64,000 nucleotides of DNA, taken from contig JBITNC010000002.1 of NCBI GenBank assembly GCA_050084985.1, positions 1,798,001 to 1,862,000 of the forward strand. Direction: 5' to 3'. The translations under genes and the position numbers were made by a program. Positions 59,201 through 64,000 of this stretch are shown in pieces. The notes below the pieces were generated by a model. That model made no database searches. It was not told the DNA's origin and saw only the letters and a program-made list of their open reading frames with translations. The DNA is from Nageia nagi (lineage: Eukaryota; Plantae; Pinophyta). Every line of letters starts with the position of its first letter. The stretch's first letter is position 1.

Positions 59201-62043
59201 TAAGATTAGGTAGTAATAGTATGGATCAGGAATCTCTTGGAGAGAATGGAGATGGCTGATCCTCTTAACTGAAAGGAGTGTGGGGTGCTATCTCTACTTT
59301 TATTGGTGAGATCTAAGTTCTACTCCTTATTTGGCTAAGGGGAATCCTAAAGGCCTAGGCCTTGTTAGCAATGATGCTAAAAATAATATAAGGCCAAATG
59401 ATTGTGCCAATAAAATTCCATAAGAAATGTTTAATCAAAGGCAATCTGGGGGTTAGGAGATTGTAGGAGGGAGGTTCAAGTAGCTTGAACATATTGCCAG
59501 TATATGTCTGTTTTTGGTATCACTTCTGATCGCATTGTTGGAGACAAGGATGGAGGTCTGTCTAAGGAATATTTGAATGGAGGGAGATGATCAATAGCGA
59601 TGAGTCATGACAATGCACCGAAGAAGCGAATTGGGCTTGAAATACTCAATAGCATTGACATCAAGGAGGTAACTCTCTTTGAAAAAAAAAATACTAAATG
59701 TGGGTAGTTCGTTAGACTAAGATCAACAATGAGGGGTCTTTCTTTTTTCCTTTGATTACATGCGCCCACAAGCTATATTGTTCTCTTTTTTTTTTTATGA
59801 TCTCTCAGGATAATATGGTTCTTTCTGAAGGTGTCCATGTTGAAAGAATCCCCACTTGTTCTTAATATTGGACACTACCTCCTGAAGGTACTTAATGTGT
59901 TGAATTCAGCTATGTGGGCTTGGCGTTGCTCTAGTTTAGTTGCAGCTTACCTTCTAACTGACTTTGGTGTTTTAAGGCTGCAATAGTACTGTCTAAAGAA
60001 ATCTAAAAGCAGTTATGTTTGGTGCATTTCAGTTTCATGGGAATCAAAGGGATACTAATTAATGGGGTTAATAGAATTTTGAACAAATTTCAATGATAGA
60101 GAATGTTAAAGTCCACATAGTTTTTCCAGAAAATTATGTCTACCTACTTGGAGATTACAAGAATTAAGGACAAATTCTTAAATAAAAATGAAGTTAGTTG
60201 AAGGGTTAGTAAAACTTAAAAGATCATACATCTCTTAAACGTAAGAGTTACAAATTTGATGTTCACTACTGTTGTTAAATGCTATATCACAGATCATTTT
60301 GAACTGAGCATGGTTGAGAAAACCGTAGGATTTGTGTTCAGCATGGCAAAACATTAAAGGATGCCTATACAAGTTCTTTGTTATCATGAACTCATCATGG
60401 GGAAAAATGACACAGGTTTCCAAGATACATGGGGTTTGGAGATAAAGCAAGTTCACTTTTGTTTTTGTGCTTGGAAGTATTCCTTACATGATTGTCATGA
60501 TGAAGTAGCTACTTATGATTTAAATATCTTCTAGGTATATAAAAGTTTTGTTGGCACTAGTTGCTTTCTTGGAAAAGAGTGTTCATTTGTGTGGAACCAG
60601 CCCTTTATGTAAATGAAAATTACAATGCAGTCTTTTTAAGGGGCTGAGCAATTTCTTGTAACTTGCATATCTTGTGACATGATTTGATCCCATGTATTGA
60701 AGAAGACTGGTCATTTTATGGACTAAAGATTTTTTTTTTCTATAGAGTGAATATCAAATTTAGAAGGAAACAATATAGTGATATTTTTTCTGTTGTGTTA
60801 CATCCAACTGTTTTTTGTTATGATTTGTGAATTGCATTCTGAAGATATTTTGTTCTCGACTGCCAGGTATTGGAAACTGTCTCTTCTGGTACATCCAGAT
60901 AAGTGTTCTCATCCTGAAGCACAGCAAGCTTTCACAATATTGAACCAGTCTTTCAAAGATTTACAAGATCCAACAAAAGTAAGTTTTTCCTTTCCTTTAT
61001 TTCATTAGCAGTTTCCCTCATAAATATCCGAAGATCTACTTAAGACATAACCACATTGAATAAAAGACTATTTTGAAGTTGATCTTTATTTATCACTTGT
61101 TTAAATATGTGTGAAGGCACGCAACTTTACATGACTACTAATCAGATTGCTGCCTTATTGCTGTCCTACATGTTATGGGCCTATGGCTATGTCGTAGTTA
61201 CATTTCTATTATGATCCTTACCATGTCTATGTTGAGTTTGACAGTTCCTCTAACAATTGAAATCTGTTGTCCATGCCTTGTAGCAAGTCACATGGAAAAT
61301 GTGATTTGCTCAAGTGAGAGGTACAAAACCCAGAGTGATTTTCATCTTAGATTTTGACAGGGACATGCATATAATCTTTGGCAATTCTCTTACAACAAGT
61401 TATCTTGGGAGTGGCCTCTCTCTATCTGATCATAATTGCAACACATATCATAGCTTTCTCCTTTTAACTATTGGATGTGAACAACATCATGGTTATGAAC
61501 TGGCTACGTATTTTATTCAGCTGTACATGGCTGACAAATATAGATGTAGATGCTATGCAATAAAATTTGATTGGTCTTTGTATAATTGTGGTGCAGTATC
61601 CTTTGCAAGGCACACAGATACAGTGCATGAAGCTGTTGTCTTCATTTTCTACTTTCATGTAGTGAAGAGGACAAAACTCATATTCTCTTCTATGGCTTTC
61701 GATGTTTCTTGTTTCTTCACATGCATGATATGCTCTTCTAATTTGCTTGGTGTTTTGTTCTTTGCATATATTGAAATGTGTTCTTTTTTCTGCAGCGAGC
61801 TGCAATTGATGATAAAATCATACAGAGAGAAGCGAAGGAAGAATTTGAGGTTTGGTTCCTCTCTAATTAGGTCAATTTGTTTTCCAAATAATACAAAGCT
61901 GTTATAGAAATATCAGAGAAATCCCATTTTGAAGTTGCATAATTTTATCCGACTTCATCGTATTCTTGATATTACCTCTTTGTAATTGATACAGGCTGAC
62001 TTGAAGACACGTTGTGAAGCTGCACAATGGAGACGCTTACGAG
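52858..62043 (+). CDS. DnaJ/J-domain protein with R/S/K/E-rich N-terminus and IGPAMP/IGPPPP motifs (At1g65280-like), 5' part only. Exons: 52858-53289, 55371-55726, 56839-56916, 57102-57204, 58244-58332, 60867-60978, 61796-61849, 61995-62043; continues beyond the window
   Basis: GT-AG introns with matching phases. LLQMLDNGQAVDIKGIS; VIGPAMPSAEMLAAAAKLTEA; IGPPPPAAVAEAESANDAERFEEVSRI; J-domain PYEVLG..KKRYWKLSLLVHPDKCSHPEAQQAF..LQDP; AAQWRR. No stop codon is reached in the window. Confidence 0.93.
55371..55726 (+). CDS. DnaJ-domain gene exon 2
   Basis: ORF 55365..55817; LLQMLDNGQAVDI..KR|gtgc. Confidence 0.92.
56839..57204 (+). CDS. DnaJ-domain gene exons 3 (56839-56916) and 4 (57102-57204)
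   Basis: VIGPAMPSAEMLAAAAKLTEAEAALR / EAEKELENDILIGPPPPAAVAEAESANDAERFEE. Confidence 0.92.
58244..58332 (+). CDS. DnaJ-domain gene exon 5 (J-domain start)
   Basis: VSRIIALDASNPYEVLGLN..KKR. Confidence 0.92.
60867..60978 (+). CDS. DnaJ-domain gene exon 6 (HPD motif)
   Basis: YWKLSLLVHPDKCSHPEAQQAFTILNQSFKDLQDPTK|gtaagt. Confidence 0.95.
61796..62043 (+). CDS. DnaJ-domain gene exons 7 (61796-61849) and 8 (61995-62043)
   Basis: RAAIDDKIIQREAKEEFE / ADLKTRCEAAQWRRLR. Confidence 0.9.
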
Positions 62044-63454
62044 GTGAAATTCTTGTGAAAACCTTGGTTGAGAAGTAAATAAAAAATACTTTTAAAAATG
62101 TAGACTATATGAATATATTCAATATAATTAAAGGATTTATGATGGTCTACTATTGTAATGTTGTCCTTATGTTTATTTTGGAAAACAAAAATATGACTGA
62201 CGCTGGTTTATAATATAGAACAACCAACTCACTCACAATATATAGTTAAATAACTATGTAAAATATTATAATGTAAGAAAATATTTGTATGTCCTAACTC
62301 ACATTAACCCAAATCACTAGTATATCTCATACAGACACATCATATTAATTTATTCTACAAATATACACATATATTATATTTGTCAACTCCAATGAATGCT
62401 TAGACACCCTACTATCAATCTTTAACACATTGGCTCATGGTTAAACATTCATTTGATTCCAATGCACACTCCTGAAAAAGGGAAATCTGCTTCGTTGTTA
62501 GCCAAAATTTAGTCATCTTTAGCTTCTTCATGGTATCAATCGCCTTCCATTACAATGTAACTAGCCTCTTTGATGTTGACATATCTATCATGAGGTACTT
62601 AAACATAATAAACTGCAAAAATATAGCTCTTTTTGTTTATGCTTGATCAGCTGAGGTGATTCTCAATTTCAATCTCTCCTATGACAGCTGCATGAATTAC
62701 TTATTTCTGCTGCCGTCTCAAGAGCACCCATGGTGTGAATGTCCTATGGCTACTGTAGGTATTCATGGATAATAACTTTATACTGCATGCATATTTCCCT
62801 TTGATCTGAATTATTCTTGAGATCTAATATGTAAAAATTGTTTGAAAATGTACTAATGGGATCTGTGCTAGAGCAACATCTCATAGTTGTATACTAGCTT
62901 TGCAGTTCTGTCATGTTTTTTGCCTTTAATGCTACTAGTGTTTCCTGTTGCCAACAACGATATATTGCCTGGAGATTCCTTAGTCCTTGACATTCTTCAT
63001 TGGGTGTAATTGTTGGGAATCACATTTAATCTTTTGATGCTTTATAAGATCCAAGGGAGTTATCACTTCTTATCAAGAGACTTAGGAGATTTACATTCCT
63101 CCTGTTGTGACAGTGATCAAAGGTCCAAATGTACTATATTAATCAGCTTCTTCCCTCCTATCTCATTCATGGGGGTAAAACATCCTCTAGGATGTACTAC
63201 TAACAAGGCTGCTTGTAATGAAAGATATGTATGACTTTGTCTTCCTTCATGGGTCATTGTTAGGGTATACAGGATTAACAGGACCACTCTGTTTTGCACA
63301 AAAAGGGAGAGACCTTTTAACCGTTGACATCATCAACCATCTTACATATCTCGTTGGTGGGTCAAGAAATCCTGAAAGACATCCATCACCATCTTTGTAT
63401 CTTCTACAGTTTGCCAGTTTTGGATGTTATAGGACTCCCATGAGGTTTCTCTGA

Positions 63455-64000
63455 AGACTCTTCCAAGATAGTCCAGCCAAGCTGACTTAGCCTTGGCTAC
63501 TCTGGTTAAATTTTGTATAATAGTCCTCGGCCACACTGATTAAATTTTGTATTAACAGTCCAACATTATTTATAGACTTAACTACATCATTTGTGCTGTT
63601 TGCATTTATGATTTTCACATGCGTAAACAATGATGTGTACCTGTGTTTTGTTTCAAGTCCCATTTATGTATTTTGGTCATTTTGGACATCAATATAGGTT
63701 CTTTGTTTTTACTCCTTATTGACCTGTTTTATTCAGAGGCTTTCGGTCATTAGTATAATTTCTCTGCAGACTCTTCCAAGATAGTCCAGCCAAGCTGGCT
63801 CAACCTTGGCCACCTGGTTAAATTTTGTATAATAGTCCTAGGCCACACATTAAATTTTGTATTAACAGTCCAATATTATTTATAGACTTAACTACATCAT
63901 TTGTGCTGTTTGCATTTATGATTTTCACATGCTTAAACAATGATGTGTACCTGTATTTTGTTTCAAGTTCCATTTATGTATTTTGGTCATTTTGGACATC
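63455..64000. repeat. Tandem duplication with a 313-bp period (63455-63767; second copy from 63768 to the window end)
   Basis: agactcttccaagatagtccagccaagc...ttttggacatc repeated with few substitutions. Confidence 0.93.

Noticed and set aside
58830-59790. Possible L1 fragment in DnaJ intron 5 (KGNLGVRRL)
   Set aside because: Only one short motif; too degraded to support a call.
61314-61907. 197-aa ORF on +
   Set aside because: Intronic sequence overlapping exon 7 in a different frame; no recognisable domain.

Overview
AT-rich eukaryotic DNA from a land plant, most likely a gymnosperm (inferred from very long TE-filled introns and the TE families present). It holds two divergently transcribed genes. 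(1) A complete 14-exon NBS1/nibrin gene lies on the minus strand (CDS 47331->1891, 598 aa; FHA, BRCT, MRE11-binding and ATM-binding motifs). Its 37-nt first coding exon is separated from exon 2 by a 32.7-kb intron. (2) The first 8 exons of a J-domain (DnaJ, HPD) protein with an R/S/K/E-rich N-terminus, similar to Arabidopsis At1g65280, lie on the plus strand from 52858 and run off the window. NBS1 intron 1 contains nested mobile elements: a decayed Ty3/Gypsy, a decayed Ty1/Copia, two ordinary solo LTRs with perfect 5-bp TSDs, and remnants of a non-L1 LINE family. The most notable items are two 5-6 kb elements bounded like solo LTRs (TGTTG...CAACA-type ends, 5-bp TSD, no gag/pol, no terminal direct repeats). 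Each contains a motif array, a TATA box, a long homologous non-gag/pol ORF and a second TATA-like box. This suggests a retrotransposon family that carries a whole gene and its candidate target sites inside the LTR. All calls come from reading the sequence by eye; no searches were run.
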